Below, piece by piece: positions 34,165 through 51,570 of a stretch of 55,471 nucleotides of DNA. Positions within the stretch are counted from its first letter, which is position 1, and every line of letters starts with the position of its first letter. The position numbers and the translations under genes were made by a program. The DNA lies in contig JBJHCF010000036.1 of NCBI GenBank assembly GCA_050506795.1, positions 1-55,471 on the forward strand, in the 5' to 3' direction. The DNA is from Opitutia bacterium (lineage in GTDB: Bacteria; Verrucomicrobiota; Verrucomicrobiia; Opitutales; T3Sed10-336). The notes under the pieces are model-generated. The model was not told where the DNA came from and searched no databases. It saw only the letters and a list, made by a program, of their open reading frames with translations.

Positions 34165-34650
34165 ATGGACCCGATTTCCCTCATCCTTCAATTCCTGATT
34201 TTCACCGTCCTCGCCGGCCTGGCGGCCGCCGCGGCCATGGACGGGGCGATGTACCTCATTTCCCGCACCGGTTTCACCAACGGAACCATGACCACGGCGC
34301 TGGGCAGTCTGTTCACCCGGTCCATGGAAACCGCCAACGTGGTCGGGTGGTTCATCCACGGCGTTTCCGGGGTCCTGTTCGCCATGATCTACACCCTGCT
34401 TTTTATGGCGTTCGGACTGGAGAGCGGGCTGGCTTGTATGGCCGCAGGGCTAGGCATCGGTTTCCTGCACGGGATAGTGATCAGCATCATGCTGGTTATG
34501 GTGGTCTCGGAACACCATCCCATCGAACACTTTCGCAACGCCGGGATGCAGGTGGGTCTCGCCCACCTGGCCGGACACCTCGCCTACGGCGCGGTGGTGG
34601 GCGCGGTGATCGGCATAAGCGGCTTTGCCGGTCGGGTGGCGGGATTGTGA
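34165..34650 (+). CDS. Hypothetical membrane protein
   Basis: Four Gly-rich TM segments with intramembrane His residues. Confidence 0.7.
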   Translation: MDPISLILQFLIFTVLAGLAAAAAMDGAMYLISRTGFTNGTMTTALGSLFTRSMETANVVGWFIHGVSGVLFAMIYTLLFMAFGLESGLACMAAGLGIGFLHGIVISIMLVMVVSEHHPIEHFRNAGMQVGLAHLAGHLAYGAVVGAVIGISGFAGRVAGL

Positions 34651-34651
34651 C

Positions 34652-35131
34652 TCAGTCTTTCTCGGCCGCGCTTTCCTCGCCCCCCATCAATTGGGGAGGA
34701 ATCTCGAACGACATCAGCCGAAAGGAAATAAACGCCTCGCGCGAGGCGTAAACGGTTCCGGCAAGAACACTGCCCATGCCGGCGCAAAAGGTGATCAGAG
34801 TCACGATTTCGATATCGATCGGGATGGCGAAGGAACAGAGCACAAAGAGAAAAATCGCATTGTAGAGGCAGAACATCGAGTTCCGCATCAGCTTTCCCCG
34901 GAGATAAAGGTGAGGAAACTGCACTTCCATGATACGCAGCCGATCCAGGTCGTACTCGGTCGCGGACTCACCCATTTTCTTCAGCAGGTGCCATTCCCGA
35001 TTAAACGAACGGATTCGGTCCACCACCCGGGCAAAGCGGTTGCCCAATCCCACCAGGATCAAACCGCAGGCCGACAACATGACGGCCGGGCTCACCATCT
35101 GGAGAATCACCGAAGACGCATCAATTTCCAT
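34652..35131 (-). CDS. DUF2721-like membrane protein
   Basis: VSPAVMLSACGL..LGNRFARVVDRIR. Confidence 0.8.
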   Translation of the reverse strand: MEIDASSVILQMVSPAVMLSACGLILVGLGNRFARVVDRIRSFNREWHLLKKMGESATEYDLDRLRIMEVQFPHLYLRGKLMRNSMFCLYNAIFLFVLCSFAIPIDIEIVTLITFCAGMGSVLAGTVYASREAFISFRLMSFEIPPQLMGGEESAAEKD

Positions 35132-35238
35132 AACGACGGATTTCAACAGAATCCCAGGCCGACATCAAGAGCCTCGAAAGAATTCCATTCCGGGATTGGA
35201 AATCGCCGCCTTTTCGGCGACGGTATCCGCTTCCTTCG

Positions 35239-40899
<5,661 letters not shown>

Positions 40900-40910
40900 A
40901 GAGATCCAGG

Positions 40911-41762
40911 CTAAAAGTCGTCGAAGCCCTGCTCGGCCAATTCCCGCGCACGGACGCGCTCCATGCGGCGGCCGACCAGGATGGATATTTCGTAGAGACC
41001 CCACATGGGGAGCGCCACCATGGTCTGTGTGAGCGGATCCCAGGTGGCGGTCAGCATCATGCCGGCGACAAAGAACCCCACGATGGCATAGGGGCGGCCG
41101 ACGTGGAGCTGCTCGGTGGTGACGACGTCCGCGTAAACCAGCAGACAGATCACCATGGGAAACTGGAACGCCGCCCCGATCCCGATCATCATCCAGACCA
41201 GCATATTGTAATAGCGGTCGGCCGACCAGAACAACTGGAGGCCCAGCATCTCATTCAAAGAAACCGAAAAACGAATGACGCCCGGCACCAGGACAAAATA
41301 ACTGAACAACGCGCCGCCCAGGAAAAGAAGGAAACAGGCCACGCATACCGGTTTGAGCAACTTCATCTCCCGCGCGGTTAAGGCGGGAGCGACGAAACGG
41401 GCGACAAAGTAAAGAATGAACGGCAGCGACAATCCGAGCCCTCCCAGGAAGCACAACTGCACGAGCACGGCAAAGACCGCCATCGGCGAGGTGGTGATCA
41501 AGCTGTCCATCAACCCGGAATCCCCGATCGACCGCACCAGGGGCCGATTGAGAATGGCCGCGAAATCGCGGAGGAAAAAGGCGATCAGGGCGGCCGCCGA
41601 GACAAACGCCACGATGCTCTTGATCAGGACGCCGCGCAGTTCGTCCAGGTGGTCGAGAAACCCCATGGCTTTCCCCTCACCGCTGGAACCGTTTTCGTCG
41701 GCGTCCTCCGTCTCTTCGGCCTTCTGGTCGAGCCAGTCATCCCCTTCTTCGCGATCGTCCAT
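40911..41762 (-). CDS. tatC: Sec-independent translocase subunit TatC
   Basis: MGFLDHLDELR, FVAPAL, FQFP, DPLTQ, LYEISI. Confidence 0.93.
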   Translation of the reverse strand: MDDREEGDDWLDQKAEETEDADENGSSGEGKAMGFLDHLDELRGVLIKSIVAFVSAAALIAFFLRDFAAILNRPLVRSIGDSGLMDSLITTSPMAVFAVLVQLCFLGGLGLSLPFILYFVARFVAPALTAREMKLLKPVCVACFLLFLGGALFSYFVLVPGVIRFSVSLNEMLGLQLFWSADRYYNMLVWMMIGIGAAFQFPMVICLLVYADVVTTEQLHVGRPYAIVGFFVAGMMLTATWDPLTQTMVALPMWGLYEISILVGRRMERVRARELAEQGFDDF

Positions 41763-41891
41763 AAAAGCTCCAATTTGGCTTGTTCGATTCGAAGTGGCAA
41801 TGGGCAACTTTCCGAAAAGACGCCAGCGCCGGCGCCGGAGCGAAATCGAACGAAATAACGCTTAAAGACACAATTGTACCGCGCTAAGCCA

Positions 41892-41919
41892 TTGACACCT
41901 AAAGCGGCATCGGTATTAA
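41892..41919 (+). promoter_or_regulatory. Candidate sigma-70 promoter of ppdK
   Basis: TTGACA-16-TATTAA. Confidence 0.45.
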
Positions 41920-41977
41920 ACTTGTCGTTTCTACTCCTTGAACACAGAGAAACATCCTAATAATCAAGTAATCACCG

Positions 41978-44749
<2,772 letters not shown>

Positions 44750-44766
44750 TCACGGCTGAATTGAAC

Positions 44767-44807
44767 AAAAAAAGCGGCTTCCGTCTCGAACGGAAGCCGC
44801 TTTTTTT
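44767..44807. terminator. Bidirectional rho-independent terminator
   Basis: A7-GCGGCTTCCGT-CTCGA-ACGGAAGCCGC-T7 between convergent genes. Confidence 0.92.
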
Positions 44808-44882
44808 ATCAATTTGATTTAACCTCTTTGGACGGCCGAATAATCCTGTGATCGAGCGCCTAAAGCGCTCCGCCATTCAAAC

Positions 44883-46103
44883 TCAACCTTCCTTGCGATC
44901 CCCGCGAAACGAATCTCCCGCCACGCTCAATAGTCTTCTGAAGGGTCCCAGATAATAAAGAAACTGCCAGGGCGGGCTCCAGTCGGCAGCAGCGACATCA
45001 GAACAATTCGGGATCAGCTTACGGGTCACATACAAATGCAATCGCCGGCCCACGGTATCGCAAAGCTCCCAATGAAAACGGGGAGCTATCTTCTCTCCGG
45101 CATCAACAAGTCCCGGATTTTCCAACAACTCGTCAACTGTGACTGAAAGTTTCTCGATCCCGTGCCGGTTCCCGGCTTTCTCCCTGAGTGTCTTGAAGGG
45201 AGGAATTCCAAAATAGCGATCCGCCAGCGAAATCCCCAAAAGGAGCGCCGGGCCCGCCGCGCGCTGTTCCGCTAACGACCATAGTTTTTTTTCGTCCAAC
45301 CCTTCTGTCCGGCGCAGGATTTCGGCCATGCTCACGATCCATTCCAGGCGCGACCAGGCATGTTTACCCCCATGAAGGCAGAGAAACAGCAAGTTCTCCG
45401 CATCGCTTAAAACATTGATCGGACTGCCTCCCACCTCGCAAACCGACATGTTCTCGAAAGCCTGATCCGTGGAGGAACCCCATTTCAACTTGCCGCCAAA
45501 GAGCCGAAAGTGGAGCTCCACCGTGTGCCCCATTCCCTCGTGGTAGAGGATATAATGATAGTGGAAGCGCCGGATAGCCACCTCCTGGTTGGCGCTCACC
45601 TCTTCCGATGAGGACCCCAGGTGCACCCGGTAACCGCAGCGGCGAAAAACGTTAAGCGCTTGAGGCAAGTCGCCCGGGCGTACGAGGATGTCAAGATCCC
45701 CGGAATACCGCATTGCCACATTGTCATAAAGCGAAGCGGCCAGTACTGGGCCCTTCAGACTGATCGCCTCGATTCCTTCCGATTTCAGGCTTCCGGTCAG
45801 GCGAATCAATTCGGCCGTGAGAGACATCATTCGACCCTGATTCGCGAAAAAGGCACGAGACAACCGTTCTCCCTGTGAACTGGGAACGGCATCCCAGGCA
45901 TTAAGCTTCAAATTCCGATACAGGAGGGGGTCGACACGATGATAATAAGCCAATTCGAGCACGGAATCCCAATCGATTCCCACCGAAAGCAGATCCTCAA
46001 GATCCCTCAATGCATCCGGCCCGACCTCTTTCCGAGCCAAGGCCAGGATAAGGCAGATTTCACGTGAAAACCGTTCCCTGAGGTTATGCGAGACGGAAAT
46101 CAT
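44883..46103 (-). CDS. Uncharacterised nucleotidyltransferase (NTP_transf_5-like)
   Basis: LKGPVLA..LY, RYSGDLDILV, VELH, LCLHGGKH. Confidence 0.85.
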   Translation of the reverse strand: MISVSHNLRERFSREICLILALARKEVGPDALRDLEDLLSVGIDWDSVLELAYYHRVDPLLYRNLKLNAWDAVPSSQGERLSRAFFANQGRMMSLTAELIRLTGSLKSEGIEAISLKGPVLAASLYDNVAMRYSGDLDILVRPGDLPQALNVFRRCGYRVHLGSSSEEVSANQEVAIRRFHYHYILYHEGMGHTVELHFRLFGGKLKWGSSTDQAFENMSVCEVGGSPINVLSDAENLLFLCLHGGKHAWSRLEWIVSMAEILRRTEGLDEKKLWSLAEQRAAGPALLLGISLADRYFGIPPFKTLREKAGNRHGIEKLSVTVDELLENPGLVDAGEKIAPRFHWELCDTVGRRLHLYVTRKLIPNCSDVAAADWSPPWQFLYYLGPFRRLLSVAGDSFRGDRKEG

Positions 46104-46143
46104 AACATTGATTACGCCTAAATAAGACGTAATACATCTATAA

Positions 46144-47538
46144 TCAAGCTTTTACGACGCTACTCCCGGTGACGCCCGCCTTGGCCATCGCGTTCCGCGT
46201 ATCGACGATGCAGTCCGCCCATTCACCCAGCTCCCGGTAATCAACCGTCGAGTGAGCGGTGCTAATGACCACGCAATCGAAAGCGGAGATGGTTTCCCGG
46301 TCCCAGGTCACGGAACGCGTCCCGGTCCAGTGATCGTGCTCGCGGGTCGGTGTGATTTCAGGGATCCAGGGATCGAAATAACTGATCTCGGCGCCGCGCT
46401 CGGCCAACTTATCCATCAGGACGAAGGTCGGAGACTCGCGCATATCGTCGACGTCGGCCTTGTAGGCAAGCCCGATCAAAAGAATGCGACTGCCGCGAAT
46501 AGCGGTGGAACGCTGGTTCAAGGCTTCCGCCACCTTGTGCACCACGTGCAGCGCCATGCTGTTGTTCACCTCGCCGGCCAGCTCGATGAAACGGGTGTGT
46601 TGCCCGTATTCCCGGGCTTTCCAGGTGAGGTAAAACGGGTCGATCGGGATACAGTGCCCGCCGAGGCCGGGGCCCGGGTAGAACGGCATAAAACCGAAAG
46701 GTTTGGTCTTGGCGGCGTCGATGACTTCCCAAACATCAATCCCCATGGCCTCGTAAACCACCTTGAGCTCGTTCACCAAGGCGATGTTCACGCCGCGAAA
46801 AATATTCTCCAGCAGTTTGGTGGCCTCGGCGGCGCGGCAGGATGACAGCGGCACCAACGTTTCGATCGCTTTGCCATAAAGCTCCTTGGCGCGCTCCAGA
46901 CACTCGGGCGTGTAGCCTCCCACCACCTTGGGAATCGTGGCGACCTTGCTGAGGGGATTGGCGGGATCTTCACGTTCCGGCGAAAAGGCGAGGTGGAAAT
47001 CCACTCCCGCTTTCAGGCCGGATCCCTCTTCAAGCACCCGCAGCAAATCTTCGTCCGTGGTTCCCGGATAGGTCGTCGATTCAAGGACCACCAGTTTGGT
47101 CCGCGACCCATTACCGTTCGACCCATCATTTTCGGCTACGGCCACAGTCGACTGAGATTCGCGGCCATTTTGCACCGTTCCGGCTTTCCGGGCGACTTCC
47201 ACCCGGCCGGCGCCAAGATAGGGAGCAATACTCCGTCCGGTATCGAGGACATAGGAAATGTCGGGCTCCCGGTACTTGTTCAAGGGCGTCGGCACACAAA
47301 TCACCACCGCCTCCACCTGCGATACTTCGGAGAAATCAGTGGAAGCGCGAAAACACCCTGCCTGGACCTGCTCTTGAATATCCGCGGAAGCGATGTGTTT
47401 GATGTAACTTTCGCCGCGCATCAACGCATCCACCTTTTTGCCGTCGACATCGAGGCCGATCACATCGACCCCGGAACGGGCGAATTGGAGAGAAAGCGGT
47501 AATCCGACGTAACCAAGACCAACAATCGCGATTTTCAT
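46144..47538 (-). CDS. Nucleotide-sugar (UDP-HexNAc type) 6-dehydrogenase
   Basis: GLGYVG, CVPTP, ESTTYPGTT, SPEREDP, GLGGHCIP; start at ATG 47538. Confidence 0.95.
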   Translation of the reverse strand: MKIAIVGLGYVGLPLSLQFARSGVDVIGLDVDGKKVDALMRGESYIKHIASADIQEQVQAGCFRASTDFSEVSQVEAVVICVPTPLNKYREPDISYVLDTGRSIAPYLGAGRVEVARKAGTVQNGRESQSTVAVAENDGSNGNGSRTKLVVLESTTYPGTTDEDLLRVLEEGSGLKAGVDFHLAFSPEREDPANPLSKVATIPKVVGGYTPECLERAKELYGKAIETLVPLSSCRAAEATKLLENIFRGVNIALVNELKVVYEAMGIDVWEVIDAAKTKPFGFMPFYPGPGLGGHCIPIDPFYLTWKAREYGQHTRFIELAGEVNNSMALHVVHKVAEALNQRSTAIRGSRILLIGLAYKADVDDMRESPTFVLMDKLAERGAEISYFDPWIPEITPTREHDHWTGTRSVTWDRETISAFDCVVISTAHSTVDYRELGEWADCIVDTRNAMAKAGVTGSSVVKA

Positions 47539-47605
47539 AAAATAATCCCCGGCAGTAAGTGAATGCCACAGTCTGCAAGGGTTTACGCCTGATTCCAAGA
47601 AATCT

Positions 47606-48781
47606 CTAGGCGCTGCGAGCCCTTTTTACAAAGATATTCCAAAGCGCGACCGCCAGGTACTTGATATCGGTACGAAAAGGAGCCTTTTCGTAGGCGCGCA
47701 AGTACGTGATCTCGGATGCCACGATGTCGTCAAAGCTCTTGGGCAGATCATAATAGAACGGCGGCACCAACCCCGGCATGTGCCGGTTGCGAAGTTGCTT
47801 CAGCTCGTCCGGATAGAGCCCGAAATATTGCCGGCTCAAAGGGCGGACCCCGACCAGCTTCAACTCGCCCTTGAACAGATTGAGGAGCATGGGCAATTCA
47901 TCCAGCCACAGGCGACGCATCCAGCGTCCCCACGGGGTGATCCGGAAGTCGTTCAGAAATTTGCCTCCATCCTGCAGGTTGTGCTTGTCGTAAAGGTACT
48001 CCTGCAGGAATTCCGAGTACGGGTGCATGGTGCGGAACTTATAGACGGTAAAGAATTCACCGCCGATCCCCACTCTTCTCAACTTGCAGAAGGGTCCGTA
48101 GGTGGGATTCGCGACCTCTTCACTGTCCCGCACTTTTCGGACGGCGAAAAACATCAGACCGCCGATCTCGCGGTACTCCACCACCTCAAAACCGCACGAA
48201 ATCAACCGACCCAGGGCTTCGGATCGGGCCACGGGACGGTTGCGTCCCCCGGTCAGCGCGAAATAGGCCGGCTTGATGTAGGGAATCTTCGGGCAGATAC
48301 GGTGGACCAGAAAATCGAAAAAATAGGCGACATGAGCAACCGGCGCGGAATGGTTCCGGAAGAAACGATCGCGACGCTGCCCGTTGACCTCGGCGCATCC
48401 CAGAAAAATCCCTCCCAGTTCCAGGCGGGAGTTAACCGACCGAAAATACTTGTTGATCCTCCGGGCATTGTTGGCCCGCTCCAGAACCGCCAGCGCCGGC
48501 CGTTCCCGCGGCAAGGAATCAACCACCTCACGATCGACATTGTCCAAAAGGGAGACATTGGAACGATCGGTAGGCAAATGCATCCGGAAGAACGCGGCCA
48601 CGTCTTCTCCGAAGCGCTCGGCGACCTGCGCGATCAAGGTATCACATCCAACCGGGCGGCTTTCCACCGCCGTCGTCTCCGCCGGTTTGGACGTCAGGGA
48701 ACGCCCGGATGGCCTCAGGCGACTGCGCCGGTAGAAACCGAACAGATTTTTTTCAGATGTTTTTGCGGTGATCGTGCTCAT
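47606..48781 (-). CDS. Priming sugar (phosphoglycosyl) transferase with an N-terminal extension
   Basis: YKFRTMH, DFRITPWG, LDELP, LVGVRP, RTDIKY. Confidence 0.88.
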   Translation of the reverse strand: MSTITAKTSEKNLFGFYRRSRLRPSGRSLTSKPAETTAVESRPVGCDTLIAQVAERFGEDVAAFFRMHLPTDRSNVSLLDNVDREVVDSLPRERPALAVLERANNARRINKYFRSVNSRLELGGIFLGCAEVNGQRRDRFFRNHSAPVAHVAYFFDFLVHRICPKIPYIKPAYFALTGGRNRPVARSEALGRLISCGFEVVEYREIGGLMFFAVRKVRDSEEVANPTYGPFCKLRRVGIGGEFFTVYKFRTMHPYSEFLQEYLYDKHNLQDGGKFLNDFRITPWGRWMRRLWLDELPMLLNLFKGELKLVGVRPLSRQYFGLYPDELKQLRNRHMPGLVPPFYYDLPKSFDDIVASEITYLRAYEKAPFRTDIKYLAVALWNIFVKRARSA

Positions 48782-49145
48782 TAACTTCCTTTACAAAACT
48801 CCCATTTCCGACGGCTCGCTTTTCACAACTGCTCCCGGTTCCCTCCAACCGGCCTTCTGCCAACCGCCATTTTCAATCGGGAACCTCTGATTCCCTCCGA
48901 AGCCGGAACGCTACTGACGCGCCGTTTCGGTACCTGAATATAACAAGTTCTTAACAGGCCACATATCAGGGAAACTACTAAAGATGAGGTCGTGAAAACC
49001 TCTTTTGGAAGCTACGGCTATACCGGTGAAGGGGAAGTTGAGTGGAGTAACCGGAGGGTGAAAATTGGAGAAGGTAACGGCCCAACCGGCGGTATACGGC
49101 TTATTTATGGGGCAAACCAACGGTTCGCCCTCTGGTCAGGTTCGC

Positions 49146-49174
49146 GAGGCAATAGGGGATTCCCTTATTGCCTC
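49146..49174. repeat. 14-bp-stem palindrome (REP-like or mRNA-end hairpin)
   Basis: GAGGCAATAGGGGA-T-TCCCTTATTGCCTC just after the vanZ-like stop. Confidence 0.7.
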
Positions 49175-49205
49175 CGCTGGTAATAACTCCCTCCGTATTG
49201 CGGTC

Positions 49206-49664
49206 TCATCCGGGGCCGGCCCGGCAGTCTTCCAAATCCTCACGCCGGCGCCCCTCTTGCCGCGGGCGTTTGATTCTTCCACCGGTGAAGGCGCGCAGGA
49301 ATAAAACAGAGGAACCAAGCAAAACCCCGGCGATATTGAAGCCCATATCCGAAAGATTGAAGGACCGGTAAGCGATCCAATATTGAATGCCTTCCGCCGC
49401 GACTCCGAGCACGATCCCGATAACGATCCAGAGGAAGGCTCTCGTCCAATAACCCTTCGGCCGGCGCCAAAGGTACATGAAGCCGATGAACCCCCACGGC
49501 AGGAACACAAAAACGTGCACCAGATCGCTGGCCCGCAGTTCGAATCCCCGATACTCGACCACCTCCATGGCGCTCAGCGAGATTTCCCCTCCCAACGGCA
49601 CCGAGTGAACAAATACCACCGCGGCGAGGTAAACCAGGATGATCAGCTTGAATACAGTCGGCAT
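49206..49664 (-). CDS. VanZ-like membrane protein
   Basis: DLVHVFVF, EGIQYWIAYRSFNLSDMGFNIAG. Confidence 0.85.
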   Translation of the reverse strand: MPTVFKLIILVYLAAVVFVHSVPLGGEISLSAMEVVEYRGFELRASDLVHVFVFLPWGFIGFMYLWRRPKGYWTRAFLWIVIGIVLGVAAEGIQYWIAYRSFNLSDMGFNIAGVLLGSSVLFLRAFTGGRIKRPRQEGRRREDLEDCRAGPG

Positions 49665-49851
49665 ACCCCTCCACTTCACGCCGAATTCACGTTTTCGCAA
49701 GACCGGACTCCGCAACCGGAAGGAAACTCCGTTTGGCTGGAGGGCGGCGCTCCCGTCTGCACCTTACACGAACTTCCGCCCTGACAAGCAAAAAACAGTA
49801 CGAGCACATTGGGCGCAGCAAACGTCGAATTTGCTAAGGAAAGGTGAGCCT

Positions 49852-49938
49852 GTCCCGGAGGGACCATATGAAAATAGCCCGGCGTTTTAACGCCGGGTTG
49901 ATCCACCACACGACGACCAGTCCCGAAGGGACGGCTGA
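49852..49938 (+). repeat. Left modular inverted repeat of the transposase
   Basis: Blocks of 13, 31 and 20 bp identical to the reverse complement of 50399-50483. Confidence 0.92.
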
Positions 49939-49941
49939 ATC

Positions 49942-50397
49942 TCAGTCCCAAAGGTATTTTTCATCGTACGAAACTCCGTGTTTCTCCAACAAAGCGACGA
50001 ATTCCTCCTTAAAGGTCAATCGCTTGTGATGATCTTCCTGGTTCCGAATGTATTGTCTGACGGTATCAAGCTGTGAGACGCTTACGCTGAAGGCCCCGTA
50101 TTTTTCCTGCCATGCGAACTCACGCAATTGAGCAAAGCTCTCATGGATCCATTTGGATGATCCGCCCTTGACCAATTGCAGTGCTTTGGCGACAGGCATT
50201 CCAGGTGGGAGAGAGAGCAGAAGGTGGACATGATCCGCAACTCCGCCGATCTCGATAGCCTTAATCCTATTCTTTCGGGCGATCCCGCCAATAAAGGGCC
50301 ATAACCGGTCACGAATTTCCGGCTCTATAAAAGGGCGACGTTGTTTCGTTGCGAAAACGCAATGGAAATAGGCACTTACATACGACACATGCGCCAT
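49942..50397 (-). CDS. tnpA: IS200/IS605-family (Y1 HUH) transposase or RAYT
   Basis: HCVFATKQR, DHVHLL, WQEKYGAFSVS, YIRNQ. Confidence 0.93.
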   Translation of the reverse strand: MAHVSYVSAYFHCVFATKQRRPFIEPEIRDRLWPFIGGIARKNRIKAIEIGGVADHVHLLLSLPPGMPVAKALQLVKGGSSKWIHESFAQLREFAWQEKYGAFSVSVSQLDTVRQYIRNQEDHHKRLTFKEEFVALLEKHGVSYDEKYLWD

Positions 50398-50398
50398 A

Positions 50399-50483
50399 TC
50401 AGCCGTCCCTTCGGGACTATTTCAACTCCAAAAACGAACCCGGCGTTAAAACGCCGGGCTATTTTCACTCGTCCCTCCGGGAC
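50399..50483 (-). repeat. Right modular inverted repeat of the transposase
   Basis: Inverted copy of 49852-49938 with different spacers. Confidence 0.92.
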
Positions 50484-50508
50484 GAAATGAGAAGCGTGTA
50501 AGGTGCAG

Positions 50509-50616
50509 GCTCCCGCGCCGGCGGTGCGGGCCAGATGCACGCGCTCCCGCGCCGGCGGTGCGGGCCAGATGCACGCGCTCCCGCGCCGGCGGCCATGCGG
50601 GAGCATGGCCCTCCAG
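50509..50616. repeat. 34-bp tandem repeat (about 2.5 copies) plus GGAG-headed palindrome; REP cluster
   Basis: GCTCCCGCGCCGGCGGTGCGGGCCAGATGCACGC at 50509 and 50543, partial at 50577; then GGCCATGC-GGGA-GCATGGCC-CTCCAG. Confidence 0.85.
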
Positions 50617-50655
50617 GGAAGAGCCGTTAGGGCTTTAATCAGCCCAACCCGGCCT

Positions 50656-51528
50656 TCAGCGTGACATTTTCCTGCGGATTGCAACCGCGGTCGCGGCGGC
50701 GATTCCCAACAGCAGCACATAGGTGCCGGGCTCGGGAATCACGTAGGCTTCAAACGAATCGACCAGGGCCAGCGTACCGTTACCGGCGTTGGAAACCACG
50801 AAGGAGATCTCGCCTCCGGTCACACCGTGCACTGTTCCCTGCCAGCTCAAATAGACCCAATCTCCATTACTGCCGGGCTCTCCCAGCGGACCACTGTCGC
50901 CGATCAGGTCGTCGATCGCATACCCGTCGACCGAGAAATCCGGCAGAGAGTAAAACGAGTCGAACAATCCTTCTCCCTGAAACGCCACAATGTTGAGCAG
51001 GAAATCCAGGGACAGGCCGCCATTGCTCCCCTGCTGCAACGGAATCGAGAAGGTGAGCTGGTCCCCATTCTCGATCTCCCATACCCCTCCATTGTCCTCG
51101 CGCACGGTGGATGCGGGGTCTTCCGGATCAAGCCAGGACTGTCCGGAATTCACGTTCACGACGAAACCGGGATTGCCGAACGGATTCTGAAAGACGTCCG
51201 CCGTACCCGACATACTGTCATCGAGAAATCGGTAGTACTGATAGGAGGCGACCTCATTGCCCGCCCACTCCGGCGCGGGCAACCCGCTTCCCATCTCCGA
51301 AAGCGGCTGGAATTCGGCGCTGCTCATCAAAGCGTCATCCGCCATGGCCAGCGTGAACAGGCCCAGAAAGATTGCCGCGGTCGCCAGGACCGCCTTCCCG
51401 TTCGAGGCGAGGTCCCGGCCGAACGCGAGTTCGGTCGGGCGGCAGGCGGTGATCGTTCGTTCCACCCGGACGACCGGTCGGGTCGTCGGTTCCAAAGTGT
51501 TTCGCTTGTATTCGGTCAAGGTGTTCAT
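50656..51528 (-). CDS. PEP-CTERM sorting domain protein
   Basis: C-terminal IPEPGTYVLLLGIAAATAVAIRRK; AAAGGAG Shine-Dalgarno; hydrophobic signal segment. Confidence 0.9.
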   Translation of the reverse strand: MNTLTEYKRNTLEPTTRPVVRVERTITACRPTELAFGRDLASNGKAVLATAAIFLGLFTLAMADDALMSSAEFQPLSEMGSGLPAPEWAGNEVASYQYYRFLDDSMSGTADVFQNPFGNPGFVVNVNSGQSWLDPEDPASTVREDNGGVWEIENGDQLTFSIPLQQGSNGGLSLDFLLNIVAFQGEGLFDSFYSLPDFSVDGYAIDDLIGDSGPLGEPGSNGDWVYLSWQGTVHGVTGGEISFVVSNAGNGTLALVDSFEAYVIPEPGTYVLLLGIAAATAVAIRRKMSR

Positions 51529-51570
51529 CCTGTCTCCTTTATCTTCTCCGTTCGTTCCCCGGGCCGGATG

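Larger units (their letters stand above)
49757..50508. mobile_element. 752-bp cassette with 14-bp terminal inverted repeats carrying a Y1 transposase
   Basis: CTGCACCTTACACG (49757-49770) and CGTGTAAGGTGCAG (50495-50508); flanks GCTCCCGT and GCTCCCGC. Confidence 0.75.

Noticed and set aside
48911..49304. Short ORFs between the sugar transferase and vanZ
   Set aside because: No motifs or convincing starts; more likely promoter or leader DNA. No exact ops (GGCGGTAG) element seen.
50509..50592. 34-bp repeats as a CRISPR array
   Set aside because: Units are head-to-tail with no spacers, and no cas genes are in the window.
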